DNA of 64,000 nucleotides from Candidatus Harrisonbacteria bacterium CG10_big_fil_rev_8_21_14_0_10_40_38 (GCA_002773535.1 PFAZ01000001.1:89273-153272); one strand, 5' to 3'; counted from the stretch's first letter, positions 20,222-30,491 are shown. Made by a program: numbers and translations. The notes: generated from the letters alone by a model not told the origin.

Positions 20222-20393
20222 ACAATAACATATCAAAAAACACCTCATATGCCATTAAATATATGAGGTGTTTTTTTAGGAAAAAACCAATAAAGTAAAG
20301 GAAAATTAACTATTGACATAAACAGTATATTATGATAATATATCCAAGCTCAATAAGAGCACAAATTTGTAAAGTACTTTTTGGAGGAGAATC

Positions 20394-20645
20394 ATGCGCA
20401 AGTCCTGCCCCGTCCCCTTTTGCGACTCTCACACCGATTCGCGACTGAAGCGCCGGCTCCGTGGAAACCACGGAGAACGTCACCGTCGTCGCATCAATCG
20501 CGAGCTGGAAAAATTCATCTCCCTCGCGACGGCCAGGTCGACAGTGCCAGAGGGGGCGAGACGAGTCGCCCCCACACCTCCACCCGCAAGGACGAGAGTC
20601 GCTCGTCTCTTCTCGGGGTTGCGCAGGGTCTTCGCCCTGAGCTAG
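20394..20645 (+). CDS. Arg-rich small hypothetical protein (cassette)
   Basis: TTGACA(20313)-17-TAATAT, GGAGGAG SD, terminator 20664-20701. Confidence 0.6.
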   Translation: MRKSCPVPFCDSHTDSRLKRRLRGNHGERHRRRINRELEKFISLATARSTVPEGARRVAPTPPPARTRVARLFSGLRRVFALS

Positions 20646-20731
20646 CCACTACCCCACCAAACCGCCCTACACACTGCAAAGTGTGTAGGGCATTCCATTT
20701 TAAAAAGACTTCAAAATCAGTTATAATCAAA

Positions 20732-20811
20732 AACAGCGAGATAGATTTTGGGTACTAAACAACCCTCCCCAAGGGGGATAAAGCGCCCATAAATCTATCT
20801 CGGTTTTTTTT
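20732..20811 (+). ncRNA. candidate ~75-nt hairpin RNA (array unit 1)
   Basis: TATAAT at 20722; CGAGATAGATTT/AAATCTATCTCG stem; T-run. Confidence 0.55.
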
Positions 20812-20844
20812 GACAAGAATTAAGAAACAAGCTATCATATCAAA

Positions 20845-21166
20845 TTGTTAGATCTTTGAAAAAAACCGAGGCAGTTGTTTTTAGGTCGTGGATGAATGGC
20901 CTCTTTCACCACCAAGTACTAACTGCCTCGGTTTCCAATGAATCCATAGCACTCTTTCTGTGCTGCCCGTTGTCCTCCCCTCCTCGTAGCGGCGCAGGAA
21001 AAGTGTCTATGGAGTCATACAAGGTCGACAAATAGTTTTCTACGCAGTCCTTAGCACACTCCTCATCTCAAAAGAAGTGCGCAAGAAGATCCTCCGGCGC
21101 AGAATAACCAATTGTTGACCCAGTCCCTCGGTGAATCTCGCCCTTCACCGAGGGGCTCTTTTTTTT
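20845..21166 (+). ncRNA. candidate ~320-nt multi-domain ncRNA (array unit 2)
   Basis: TTGACA-17-TATCAT, boxA-like GATCTTTGAAAA, three long stem domains, terminator 21125-21166. Confidence 0.65.
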
Positions 21167-21199
21167 CGACAAATATTTGTAAAGATGCTTTAATAAAAA

Positions 21200-21337
21200 A
21201 AATAGGCTCTGGGCTGGGTTTCGAGCAGCGAATATGGACGATATTCGCCTGCTATAAGAAGCCCGGTCTGGAGCCACCTATCCTTAGACATATTTCCATA
21301 ACAACCAAACCACGGATTTTCACCCCGTGTTTTTTTT
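21200..21337 (+). ncRNA. candidate ~135-nt hairpin RNA (array unit 3)
   Basis: TCGACA-17-TTTAAT, 72-nt rod with G-U pairs on the + strand, terminator CACGG..CCGTG T8. Confidence 0.6.
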
Positions 21338-21343
21338 GACAAA

Positions 21344-21493
21344 TTATTTCTCTCCCCTTATCAATGCAGAAAAGTTAGGATCATCTGCATATTTTAGAGC
21401 CCTGTCATTTATAAAAAATCTTTCTCTAGCTTCTTCAAAAGTAATGTCCGTATCAATTAGTCCAAGATCATACGCCAACTTATCTGAATCAGC
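21344..21493 (-). pseudogene. 3' gene remnant
   Basis: open frame ADSDKLAYDLGLIDTDITFEEARERFF...RGEK* with no in-frame start. Confidence 0.4.
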
Positions 21494-21564
21494 TTAAACC
21501 TCTGCGAATATATAGCTTCAATATAAATATTGTTTTGTAAACATTTCGATGGTATATTGCAAAT

Positions 21565-21760
21565 AGCAAAAATTGACTCTGGGCTGGTCCGTGGTGAACC
21601 TCTAAGTAGAGATTCGTAGCCGTGATCTACCAGCCCAGAGTCACTACATAGTTCCTTTCCATAGCTCGGGGGCAATCAAATGTGTTTATCCAGTGAGGGG
21701 TCTGGCAGAACCCGAAAATAGCTAAATACATATGACCTGTCCCCGGGTCATTCTTTTTTT
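21565..21760 (+). ncRNA. candidate ~195-nt structured RNA (array unit 4)
   Basis: TTGTTT-17-TATATT, perfect 15-bp stem 21574-21588/21629-21643, second domain, terminator. Confidence 0.6.
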
Positions 21761-21814
21761 AGAAAACAAAAACGTGACCTACAAAGGCCACGTTTTTTGC
21801 TTATCTACACAACA

Positions 21815-22018
21815 CTAGTTTTCTGGGGTTTCTTCCCACAACTTATCAAACATCGCATTCCATTCGGTCATACTTTCCGGTGTAGCTTTTTCTACCATAT
21901 CTTTATGAGCTTCTTTTGCGTGTTCACTCATTTTTCCGCGTACTTCATCAACTGTTTCGCCGGAAGCTTCAAATGTGCATTCGCCTCCTCCAACTTGAGA
22001 ACATTTAATTGTTTTCAT
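21815..22018 (-). CDS. DUF1059-like small metal-binding protein
   Basis: CxxVGGxCxFxAxGET...HAKEAH. Confidence 0.8.
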   Translation of the reverse strand: MKTIKCSQVGGGECTFEASGETVDEVRGKMSEHAKEAHKDMVEKATPESMTEWNAMFDKLWEETPEN

Positions 22019-22159
22019 TTTTATAAATTAGGTTAATCTTTCGACCGGGCAAACATAGCACGAATCAAGTAGATAGTCTATAAAGATATTTTTTTATTGA
22101 CATCGCAAAATTTTCTTTTATTCTTACAACCAGATCATATCCCAAGAAGGAGGTGTGTT

Positions 22160-22816
22160 TTGACAACAGGTCATTTCAGTAGCTGTATTACTCACGATGA
22201 CTGCTGGTGCGAAGCCAAGCGATATTGGCTCTTACTTGCTATAGCTACAGTCATTTTGTTTACCGAAGTGGTTGGAGGTGTTCTGTCGCATAGTCTTGCA
22301 CTTCTTGCAGATGCCGGGCACGTATTAGCAGACACAGGGGCAACCGTTGTCGCAATCATAGTAGCCTATAAGGTAAAAAAGAGTCCGCATGTCGAGTCAA
22401 AAACACGAAAAATCGGCGGTTATATAAACGCCATATTCCTCGGAGTCATTGGGATTTGGATTTTCATTGAAGCAATTGAGCGCTTCTTTAATCCTCATCC
22501 AATTGTAAGCATGACTATGATAGTCGTAGCAATTCTCGGCACCATCGGTAACTATATCCAGCATGCGATAATGGAGTCCGCAAATGCAGAACACGTCACG
22601 CACGAATCCATGAAACTCCATATCCTCTCCGATCTTCTGCAAAGTATTGGAGTTGTACTCGGTGGAGTGATTATATGGGCAACAGGGTGGGATCCACTCG
22701 ACCCAATAATCTCAGTGGTTATCGCAATTTTAATGGCGCGCTGGTCTTGGAGTCTTTTGCTCAAACTGCGATCCGGCAAATATGACAATGGCAGCCACTG
22801 CCACCATCACCACTAA
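22160..22816 (+). CDS. cation diffusion facilitator (CzcD/ZitB-like) without C-terminal domain
   Basis: SLALLADAGHVLAD, HILSD, DPIIS; AAGGAGGT SD before TTG 22160. Confidence 0.88.
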   Translation: MTTGHFSSCITHDDCWCEAKRYWLLLAIATVILFTEVVGGVLSHSLALLADAGHVLADTGATVVAIIVAYKVKKSPHVESKTRKIGGYINAIFLGVIGIWIFIEAIERFFNPHPIVSMTMIVVAILGTIGNYIQHAIMESANAEHVTHESMKLHILSDLLQSIGVVLGGVIIWATGWDPLDPIISVVIAILMARWSWSLLLKLRSGKYDNGSHCHHHH

Positions 22817-22902
22817 AAGTGGTACTTCAAACCTCTAAACCCCCTACCCCCGACACAACCTCGTCGGGGTATTTTTTAACAATCGTTTTACTTTACTATG
22901 TG

Positions 22903-22973
22903 CTGCGGGACCTGGATTCGAACCAGGATACTCGGCTTCAAAGGCCGATGTCCTACCATTAGACGATCCCGCA
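22903..22973 (-). tRNA. tRNA-Gln(TTG)
   Basis: cloverleaf TGCGGGA...TCCCGCAG, anticodon loop CTTTGAA, GTTCGAATC; CCA not encoded. Confidence 0.95.
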
Positions 22974-23014
22974 ATAAATTGTTCAACTACTCTACATATA
23001 ATTCTACAAGAATA

Positions 23015-23085
23015 ATGTCCTACTTGCCTCGCCGAACCCAGCTTTGCGAGGGTAGGCGGGCCATTAGACGATCCCGCAATAAATT
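23015..23085 (-). pseudogene. duplicated 5' part of tRNA-Gln interrupted by a 38-bp palindromic element
   Basis: ATGTCCTA + 38-bp insert + CCATTAGACGATCCCGCAATAAATT, matching 22948-22980. Confidence 0.85.
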
Positions 23086-23194
23086 TATTTTAAACTCTGA
23101 TTTTCCAAAAAAATCTATCATAAAAATTAAGAATCCACAAACAAAAAACTAAACATAAAACCCCACAAACGCTTCGCGCGCTGTGGGGCTTTTT

Positions 23195-23863
23195 TCACCT
23201 TCCAGCATAGAGTCGCCATCTGTAAGAGGGCGTTCCTCTTTTTTCTTCAGTAGACGACATCTCTCTACTGAAAAGTGTCGCCTGTCTCGATATGATATCC
23301 GTACTAAGTACAGGTACGCAATTGTCATGCAGCGTTGTACCAGCAAAACACAGGTTATGGAGGGACGCATGAAAAATCGAAATCGCCGCAATCAATCCTT
23401 CCCAAATATCAAATGGACACCTCTCTTGGTCATTTAGTTTTTCGAGATCATGAGTTACGGTATTCCCCTTCAACGTTCGTCCATCCAGAACATCTACGAG
23501 TATATATGCCTTATTATATGTAGTGGGAGAAACAGTCGAAGAGTAAGACTTATGCTCTGAAGTTTCAGGGAGTGTCGACGTTCCATTAGCCTCGCCTCTT
23601 GTCACTTTATTCATTAAACTCTTTGCAACTTTACCATTTACAACATCAGGGCGAGGCGGCACTAACAGAAACAACCCAGGGAAAAGTTTTTGTCGCAAAA
23701 AACGAATATCTTTGTCAGGAATATGAATATCCGCACCACGCAACCTCTCAACCTGTTCATCAAACAATCTCGTGGGATCAATTCGATTATTTAAAACAGT
23801 CATCCGCTCATTGGTAAGAATCGTTGTCTCGCCTTGCTTTACAACAGTCCCCGATTCTTCCAT
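23195..23863 (-). CDS. hypothetical protein (cassette; possibly DUF5701-like)
   Basis: GGAGG SD before ATG 23863, promoter about 23920-23948, terminator 23158-23190. Confidence 0.65.
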   Translation of the reverse strand: MEESGTVVKQGETTILTNERMTVLNNRIDPTRLFDEQVERLRGADIHIPDKDIRFLRQKLFPGLFLLVPPRPDVVNGKVAKSLMNKVTRGEANGTSTLPETSEHKSYSSTVSPTTYNKAYILVDVLDGRTLKGNTVTHDLEKLNDQERCPFDIWEGLIAAISIFHASLHNLCFAGTTLHDNCVPVLSTDIISRQATLFSREMSSTEEKRGTPSYRWRLYAGR

Positions 23864-23954
23864 TGAGTTTTCCTCCACTTATGTACGTGACAAGGAACAA
23901 AACACTCACACAAAAATGCGAGCAACCAAAATATAACCACTTACCAAAAAAACA

Positions 23955-26900
23955 TCAAGTCGTAAAATCTGTTAGCAAGTCATCTTCAAATTTAATAATC
24001 CCCTTCAAATCTTTTGAGTACGATGAAACATCAGGAAAATCCAAGTTTAGGATTTTTTTGTGCACCGCCGAAATAAGTTTTCTCACTCTTTGAACGTCTG
24101 CGTCTTGCACCATATAAGTCAGAGAAATCATTTTTTTCTTATGTGGTTCAAAGAAATCTATTATTCCTTTTTCTACAAAATGCCGGCCTCCAAAATCTCT
24201 CGAGTTTTCAATAAGTAATTTATAAAATATTAGCTGATATTTAAATCTATGTAGTTTGATCCGTGAATATGGTTCTTTGTCGTCCCAAGACTCAACAGCC
24301 TTTCCAGTTTTAAAATCATGCACTTCAAATGTCCCGTCCTCTTTTTGAACCACTCTATCCAGCTTTCCGGTAAGGTGTGTTTCATCAACCAAAACTCCCT
24401 GATTCTTAAAATCAAGTTCAATCTTGTCGCTAAAATTAAAACTCTTGGCATGCTCTGAATAAAAAGATAAAAGCGCCTTATTTCCTTTTTCTAAAAATCC
24501 CGAAAAATCATGATCCGCTAGCCGCTCTTTCTTGAGAGCATTTTCATAAAGTTTTAAAAGAAGTCCCGAAGACGGAAGCTCTTGTTTCTGTCTGAAGTTC
24601 ACAAAAAACTTTGCCACTGCCTCATGCATTGCCGATCCATAAGAACCCGATGGCGTCTTCGCTTGCGGAAATCTCAAAAAATTAACCAAGAAAAATTTTT
24701 GAGGCCCTCCATCTGAAACATCAAGAAAATTATTAAAGTGAGTAACACTCATCTGATAATCAGTAAGCAAAGCCGATAGCATAGCTTTTTCCTGTGAAAC
24801 AAAAGGAATACGCGTGTAATGAAGCTTCCACTGCGTCTCAAGTATCTCCTCGCTATTTTGTATTTCAGCCGATTCAAAAGAAAGGTTCTCCGGCGTTTCC
24901 TCCTCATCTTCATTTGCTAAAAATCTCAAACGAGAAGAAGCTCGCCCGACATCATTTTTTTCATAAGAAGTAAGATAAAGATTTTTCTTTGCGCGAGTTA
25001 TCGCAACATAAAAAAGACGCAGCTGATCGTCCGTCGTATCCCCCGCCGGTTCAATGGGCAAATTTATCGGGAAAGATATTTTATTTGCCCTACGCGTTCC
25101 CGCCCAAACATCATCTTGGCAGCTCATCACAAAAACTGTTTCAAATTCCAGCCCCTTCGCCTTATGGGCAGTAAGAAGGTGAACCGCCTTTTGTGCCGCC
25201 GCAAAAGGACTCTGATCTGTTATTTGTAGATGATTTTTTTCATGTACATCCACAAACTCAACAAGATCATCGACTTTTAAAAACTGCCCGTGTCGGTACT
25301 CTCGTAACGCGTGGTAAAAAACTCTAAGTCCCGATAAAAATGCGAGATACTCTGATTTTTTCTCATTAAATTTTTCAGCTCCAAAATAATATTTACGAAA
25401 AGGGCTTTTAAATTTTTTCTGCTCACGTTTTTTGTCATGTGTCTCATCATCCTCATCGGTACTGGTAAATGTTCCGTGAGACCCAACAAGGGCGTCCAAG
25501 ATAACTTCAGTCGGTTCATATTTTGCCTGTGCCGCAAGTTCAACAAAAAAGTCGGCAATATTCTGTATTTTTTTATCATCACAATTTTTCATCTCATGGA
25601 ACCACGAGGAATGGTTTTTGTGCTTAGCCACCGAAAGCTCCCACACCGAAAACCTGTCTATTTCCCAAAAAGGAAAACTCAAAATTTCCGGTAAAAGATA
25701 ATCAGACTCCTCCATGTCTTTCCGAAGAAGCAAAGAGACAAATCTCGCCATCACGATAAGCTGGCGTATGTGCGGCTCTATGAGAACGTCTCTCTGCCGC
25801 TCATATGCAACAGGTATAGAAATATCACTCAAATGCGGTTGAAGGGCCTGTAAATCGCTGTGGTGGCGCGCAATGACCGCTATAGAGTCAGGAGACGCTC
25901 CATTCTTCAAAAGTCCCTCGATTTCCTTGGCAATAAAGTCATATTCATGAGAGCTCGTAGTAAGCGATTTACTGACAATATTCCCAATGCCCTTGTCGTC
26001 GCCTGCAGCTACAAGTTCTTTGCTTATTCCCAAAACTTTGTCCTCGAGGCGTTGAGAGCCTTTTTTTATTATGTATCGCGCAAGATCAAGTATGTCCTGT
26101 CTTGAGCGATAATTGTGTGTCAGAGTCACAATCTCCGGATCTCGAAAAAGTTTTTTAAAATTCAAAATATTCGAAACATCAGCCCCCTGAAATTTATAAA
26201 TCGCCTGATCATCATCCCCAACAGCCATGATGTTTGGCCTGCCCTCATGAACTGGCGCGTCAGTTAAAAACTCTATAAGCCGCATTTGCGCATCATTGGT
26301 GTCCTGAAACTCATCAACTAAAATATATTGATACTGTTCCTGAAGTTCATACCTAAGAGACGGGTTTGCCTCGAGTGAAGTAATGACTTCAAGAAGCATA
26401 TCCTCAAAATCATAAAAACCTTTTTCATGTAACGCTTCCCTATATGCGCGATAAACTTCAGCAAGCGCAAAAAGTTTTTCCATATTTACCGAATCTCTCC
26501 ACACACGCGCCCCCTCATCATTTTTTTTCGTCCATGTCTGTTTCCATTTCGAAAGAGGCGCAGTTTTCCCAGTCTCCCGCGCTTCCTCAATTACCCGCCT
26601 TAAGGACTTCGAAATAGAAACCCCTATCGGCTCATATCGAAAATCTGTCTCCGTCTCACCATTCTCTAAAAGCGAATCACACAAAGAAACAAGCGAATCA
26701 ATCTGTTTCATACTAAGCCGTTCATCAAAAACAGAAATATTTTTATTTATCTTTTTTAGGGCATCTTCATCAGCTTTCAATATCTCAAAAAAAATATCCG
26801 GCTCGAGCCCCGCCTTTTTCAGGTTTGAAATAGCCTTGATTGCAGGGTTTAAAAATATAAAACCTTGCGAAGCGTGATACGCTCGGAGCGGATTATCAAA

Positions 26901-27296
26901 AGGAAGGTTTTCAAAAATTTCCTGCATTATCTCGATCTGCGTCAGGGTGTCCGCCGGAGAAAACGAAGCGCCGTTATAAAAATATTCTGGAAACCTTCCA
27001 ATCACATCAACACAAAAACTATGAAAAGTATAAATCGCAGTTGAGTATGCCTTCCTCCCGATAAGTCCGGATAATCTCTCTCGCATTGTGACAGCGGCAG
27101 AATCTGTAAATGTAAGACACAAAATATTGCTGGGGTGAGTGTCCGTCTTGTCGAGTATATTAGCCACTCTCAAGCTCAATATTTCCGTCTTGCCGCTCCC
27201 AGGACCCGCGATAACAAGCACCGGCCCCTCGATAGCTGAAACAGCCTTTTTCTGCGCCTCGTTTAAATTCGCAAACCTTGTCTCAAAGTTTTTCAT
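23955..27296 (-). CDS. UvrD/PcrA-type helicase with C-terminal PD-(D/E)XK nuclease (AddA/AdnB-like)
   Basis: AGPGSGKT, VDEFQD, HKAKGLEF, YVAITRA; GKLDRV..DFKTG..QLIFY. Confidence 0.92.
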   Translation of the reverse strand: MKNFETRFANLNEAQKKAVSAIEGPVLVIAGPGSGKTEILSLRVANILDKTDTHPSNILCLTFTDSAAVTMRERLSGLIGRKAYSTAIYTFHSFCVDVIGRFPEYFYNGASFSPADTLTQIEIMQEIFENLPFDNPLRAYHASQGFIFLNPAIKAISNLKKAGLEPDIFFEILKADEDALKKINKNISVFDERLSMKQIDSLVSLCDSLLENGETETDFRYEPIGVSISKSLRRVIEEARETGKTAPLSKWKQTWTKKNDEGARVWRDSVNMEKLFALAEVYRAYREALHEKGFYDFEDMLLEVITSLEANPSLRYELQEQYQYILVDEFQDTNDAQMRLIEFLTDAPVHEGRPNIMAVGDDDQAIYKFQGADVSNILNFKKLFRDPEIVTLTHNYRSRQDILDLARYIIKKGSQRLEDKVLGISKELVAAGDDKGIGNIVSKSLTTSSHEYDFIAKEIEGLLKNGASPDSIAVIARHHSDLQALQPHLSDISIPVAYERQRDVLIEPHIRQLIVMARFVSLLLRKDMEESDYLLPEILSFPFWEIDRFSVWELSVAKHKNHSSWFHEMKNCDDKKIQNIADFFVELAAQAKYEPTEVILDALVGSHGTFTSTDEDDETHDKKREQKKFKSPFRKYYFGAEKFNEKKSEYLAFLSGLRVFYHALREYRHGQFLKVDDLVEFVDVHEKNHLQITDQSPFAAAQKAVHLLTAHKAKGLEFETVFVMSCQDDVWAGTRRANKISFPINLPIEPAGDTTDDQLRLFYVAITRAKKNLYLTSYEKNDVGRASSRLRFLANEDEEETPENLSFESAEIQNSEEILETQWKLHYTRIPFVSQEKAMLSALLTDYQMSVTHFNNFLDVSDGGPQKFFLVNFLRFPQAKTPSGSYGSAMHEAVAKFFVNFRQKQELPSSGLLLKLYENALKKERLADHDFSGFLEKGNKALLSFYSEHAKSFNFSDKIELDFKNQGVLVDETHLTGKLDRVVQKEDGTFEVHDFKTGKAVESWDDKEPYSRIKLHRFKYQLIFYKLLIENSRDFGGRHFVEKGIIDFFEPHKKKMISLTYMVQDADVQRVRKLISAVHKKILNLDFPDVSSYSKDLKGIIKFEDDLLTDFTT

Positions 27297-27301
27297 AAAA
27301 A

Positions 27302-28000
27302 CTAAAGCCCAATTTTCTTCTTAAAAGTTTCAAGTTCCTTGCCCTCGATTTTTCGATAGCTTCCTTCTTTAAGTCCGCCAAGATTGATGTTTAATATTCT
27401 TATCCTCTTTAAGTCAGCAAGCTCAACTCTTAGGGCAGAACACATTCTCCTTATCTGATGTTTCTTTCCTTCAGTTAAAATAATTTTAAATGAATAACTT
27501 CCAATCACAGACACAGTACATGGTTTTGTCACATACCCCTCGATATTCACTCCTGTCTCCATTCTTCTTTTAAAATTCGAAGGAAGCTTTGTGCTCGTTC
27601 TCACGACATATTCCTTGTCGTGTGTGTATTCCGGATTCAAAAGCCTATCAGTCACCCGCCCGTCATTTGTGAGTATGATAAGCCCGTGAGAGTCTTTATC
27701 GAGTCGTCCCACAGGAAACACTCCTCTTATAGGGAAAACGCCGCCTATATCCTCCTGATTTTCTTCTGCAGAATGAGTAACTATCCCGATAGGCTTATTG
27801 TATGCAAAATAAACAAGCGAGCTTGTATCCACTCCGCCCTTCACGTGTACATCATCATCTTCGTTCACCTTGTCACCTAAAACCGCCTCGCGTCCATTTA
27901 TAAAAACACGCCCTGCTTCTATAAGTTCATCAGCGCCTCTTCTCGTAGAATATTTCTTCCACGCCAGATATTTATTTATCCTCATCGGAAACTTTTCCAT
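27302..28000 (-). CDS. RsuA/RluF-family pseudouridine synthase
   Basis: S4 domain, GRLDKDSHG, EGKKHQIRRM. Confidence 0.92.
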   Translation of the reverse strand: MEKFPMRINKYLAWKKYSTRRGADELIEAGRVFINGREAVLGDKVNEDDDVHVKGGVDTSSLVYFAYNKPIGIVTHSAEENQEDIGGVFPIRGVFPVGRLDKDSHGLIILTNDGRVTDRLLNPEYTHDKEYVVRTSTKLPSNFKRRMETGVNIEGYVTKPCTVSVIGSYSFKIILTEGKKHQIRRMCSALRVELADLKRIRILNINLGGLKEGSYRKIEGKELETFKKKIGL

Positions 28001-28071
28001 AGTGATAATTATGCATCAAATCCGTACTTTTTATACTTGACAAAATAGTAACATATATGATAAACTACATA

Positions 28072-28235
28072 TCAGAAAATTCATCAAAAAACAGCGTCAT
28101 ACCTGAGGTTTTTAGCGAAAGCCAACTGCGATAACTCTTGATTAGACTATAGCTAATCAAGAGTCGCAAAAAGCAACCTTTCAGGGAGTCGCTGTAGAGG
28201 CCCGCTCCAAGGTGAGTGGGCCCAACTTCTTTATT
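28072..28235 (+). ncRNA. candidate rod-like RNA or typA leader
   Basis: TTGACA-18-TAAACT; 105-nt imperfect rod 28091-28195; terminator 28199-28235. Confidence 0.55.
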
Positions 28236-28283
28236 GCCAAAAAATTCGAGAAATGTTTAAATAGACTCTCGTGCGGAAAAAAT

Positions 28284-30077
28284 ATGAGCAACATAAGAAA
28301 CATAGCCATCATAGCCCACGTCGACCACGGAAAATCAACACTGGTCGACGCTCTTCTTAAACAGACTAAAACCGATCTCGGAAAGTCTGCCGGAGGAGAA
28401 CTTATCATGGACTTTAACGAGCTCGAAAGAGAGCGCGGTATTACGATTTTTTCAAAAAATGCATCCGTTGAATACAACGGCGTAAAAGTAAACATTATAG
28501 ACACTCCCGGTCACGCTGATTTCGGTGGTGAGGTTGAGCGTGTTTTAAATATGGCCGATGGCTCACTCCTCCTCGTAGACGCGCAGGAAGGCCCAATGCC
28601 ACAAACTCGTTTCGTTTTAAAAAAAGCTCTCGAGCTAGGGCATAAGATAATCGTAGTCATAAATAAAATCGATAAACCAAGCTCCAGAGTCAATTATGTT
28701 TTAGAAAAAGTCATCGAGCTCTTTGTTGAACTTGGAGCCACAAACGATCAGCTCGACTTCCCTATCCTCTACGCCGCAGGAAAACTTGGCATAGCGGGAA
28801 CTACGCCTGATATAAATGAAATGAAAGGCATCGAACCGGTTTTGGAAACCGTTATAAAACACGTCCCCGCCCCAAAGGCAAATAAAGAAGAACCGTTTCA
28901 AGTTATGGCAGTTTCAATCCAATACGATAACTACAAAGGCCGTCTCGCAATCGGCAGAATCATAAGAGGGACAATCGCAACCGGCTCACAAGCAGTTCAC
29001 ATCACGCGTGATGGCAAAAAGAAAAATTTTAAAATCACGAGCATTATGACTTTCCGTGGTCTCCAAAAAATGGAAATCGAAAAATGCGAAGCGGGAGACA
29101 TCGTCGCCATCTCTGGCGTAGATGACATCATGATCGGCGACACTATTGCAGATCCCACAAATCCGGAACAGCTCACTCCCATAGCCATAGAACGTCCGAC
29201 AGTCAAAATGATTTTCAGCGTAAATAACTCTCCTTTTGCAGGTCAGGAGGGAGAATTTTGCACTTCACGGAACATCCGCGAGCGTTTAAACAAAGAACTC
29301 GACAATGATGTCGCTTTGGATATTCTAAGCGGTTCATCCCCTGACGAATTCATCGTAGCCGGACGCGGAGAACTTCACCTTTCAATACTTATCGAAAAAA
29401 TGCGTCGCGAAGGATACGAGCTACAGGTTTCCCGACCAGAAGTTATTTTTAAAGAGGAAAACGGCAAAACCCTCGAGCCATATGAAGACGTATGGATCGA
29501 AGCTTCCGAAAAATATTCTGGCATGATTATCGAAAAAATGAGCATGCGAAAAGGAGAAATGAAAAACATGAGTGTAGAAAACAGCATGGTCTCATTTCAC
29601 TTCTTTATTCCTACACGCGGACTCATCGGTTTCAGAAACGAGTTTATGATTGAAACAAAAGGAACCGGACTTGCGAATACACTCTTTTCTGGATATTTCC
29701 CAAAAAGAGAAGACATCATCACAAGCCCCCACGGTTCACTTATTGCCCACGAAACAGGCACGACAACCGCCTACGCTCTTTTAGGCTCACAGGAACGCGG
29801 TGTAATGTTTGTCGAGCCGGCGGAAAAAGTATACGAGGGGCAGATAGTTGGTCAAAACGCAAAAGCGGAAGACTTAGTCGTAAATGTCTGCAAAGCAAAA
29901 CAGCTCACAAACTTCCGAGCAAAAACAGACGCAGTTACAGACGACCTCGTTCCAAAAAGAGAAATGTCCCTCGAACAGGCGCTCGAATACATCGGTGATG
30001 ACGAGCTTGTAGAAGCAACGCCAAAAAACATCCGCCTCCGCAAAAAAATCCTCAAAAACTCATTGAGAAAAAAGTAA
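28284..30077 (+). CDS. typA: translational GTPase TypA/BipA
   Basis: [39 protein letters not shown]. Confidence 0.97.
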   Translation: MSNIRNIAIIAHVDHGKSTLVDALLKQTKTDLGKSAGGELIMDFNELERERGITIFSKNASVEYNGVKVNIIDTPGHADFGGEVERVLNMADGSLLLVDAQEGPMPQTRFVLKKALELGHKIIVVINKIDKPSSRVNYVLEKVIELFVELGATNDQLDFPILYAAGKLGIAGTTPDINEMKGIEPVLETVIKHVPAPKANKEEPFQVMAVSIQYDNYKGRLAIGRIIRGTIATGSQAVHITRDGKKKNFKITSIMTFRGLQKMEIEKCEAGDIVAISGVDDIMIGDTIADPTNPEQLTPIAIERPTVKMIFSVNNSPFAGQEGEFCTSRNIRERLNKELDNDVALDILSGSSPDEFIVAGRGELHLSILIEKMRREGYELQVSRPEVIFKEENGKTLEPYEDVWIEASEKYSGMIIEKMSMRKGEMKNMSVENSMVSFHFFIPTRGLIGFRNEFMIETKGTGLANTLFSGYFPKREDIITSPHGSLIAHETGTTTAYALLGSQERGVMFVEPAEKVYEGQIVGQNAKAEDLVVNVCKAKQLTNFRAKTDAVTDDLVPKREMSLEQALEYIGDDELVEATPKNIRLRKKILKNSLRKK

Positions 30078-30095
30078 GCGTGATATAATAGCGTC

Positions 30096-30368
30096 ATGAG
30101 TACAAGATATAAAAAAGTTTTTTTTATCGGTTTTGCGATAGGTTTCTTCGGATTTTTTATCATGACCCTCGGGCTTATAAATCGCCCTATCGAAATAATA
30201 GCTAGTGTTTTTCTCGCTCCGACAAGATTTGTTTTAAGCCCAATAAGAGACTCGCTCGCAAACGTCGAGGGAATAATCAACGTCATAACCTTTGCTGTCA
30301 TGACAGGCGGCATTTATGGGCTCCTCGGTATCGGTCTAAGTTACCTTTCGCAAAAAATTAAAAAATAG
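30096..30368 (+). CDS. small membrane protein
   Basis: hydrophobic helices; TATAAT 6 nt before ATG. Confidence 0.7.
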   Translation: MSTRYKKVFFIGFAIGFFGFFIMTLGLINRPIEIIASVFLAPTRFVLSPIRDSLANVEGIINVITFAVMTGGIYGLLGIGLSYLSQKIKK

Positions 30369-30371
30369 AAA

Positions 30372-30491
30372 ATGAAAAAATTTTTAATCATATTTTTTAT
30401 ATTAGTTATGATCGTTGTGGCAATATTTGTAATCAATAGATTATCCAGAGAGGCCGGCCCCGTCTTTGAGGACATTCAAGTTAAGCAATAA
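30372..30491 (+). CDS. 39-aa single-TM peptide or truncated gene
   Basis: MKKFLIIFFILVMIVVAIFVINRLSREAGPVFEDIQVKQ*; below ORF-track cutoff. Confidence 0.5.
   Translation: MKKFLIIFFILVMIVVAIFVINRLSREAGPVFEDIQVKQ

Noticed and set aside
21068-21675. ORFs 21068-21277, 21112-21339 and 21457-21675
   Set aside because: No SD or protein-like features, and they cross terminators and long stems
28091-28195. SRP (4.5S) RNA
   Set aside because: Lacks the conserved domain IV GGAA tetraloop and AGCAG motif
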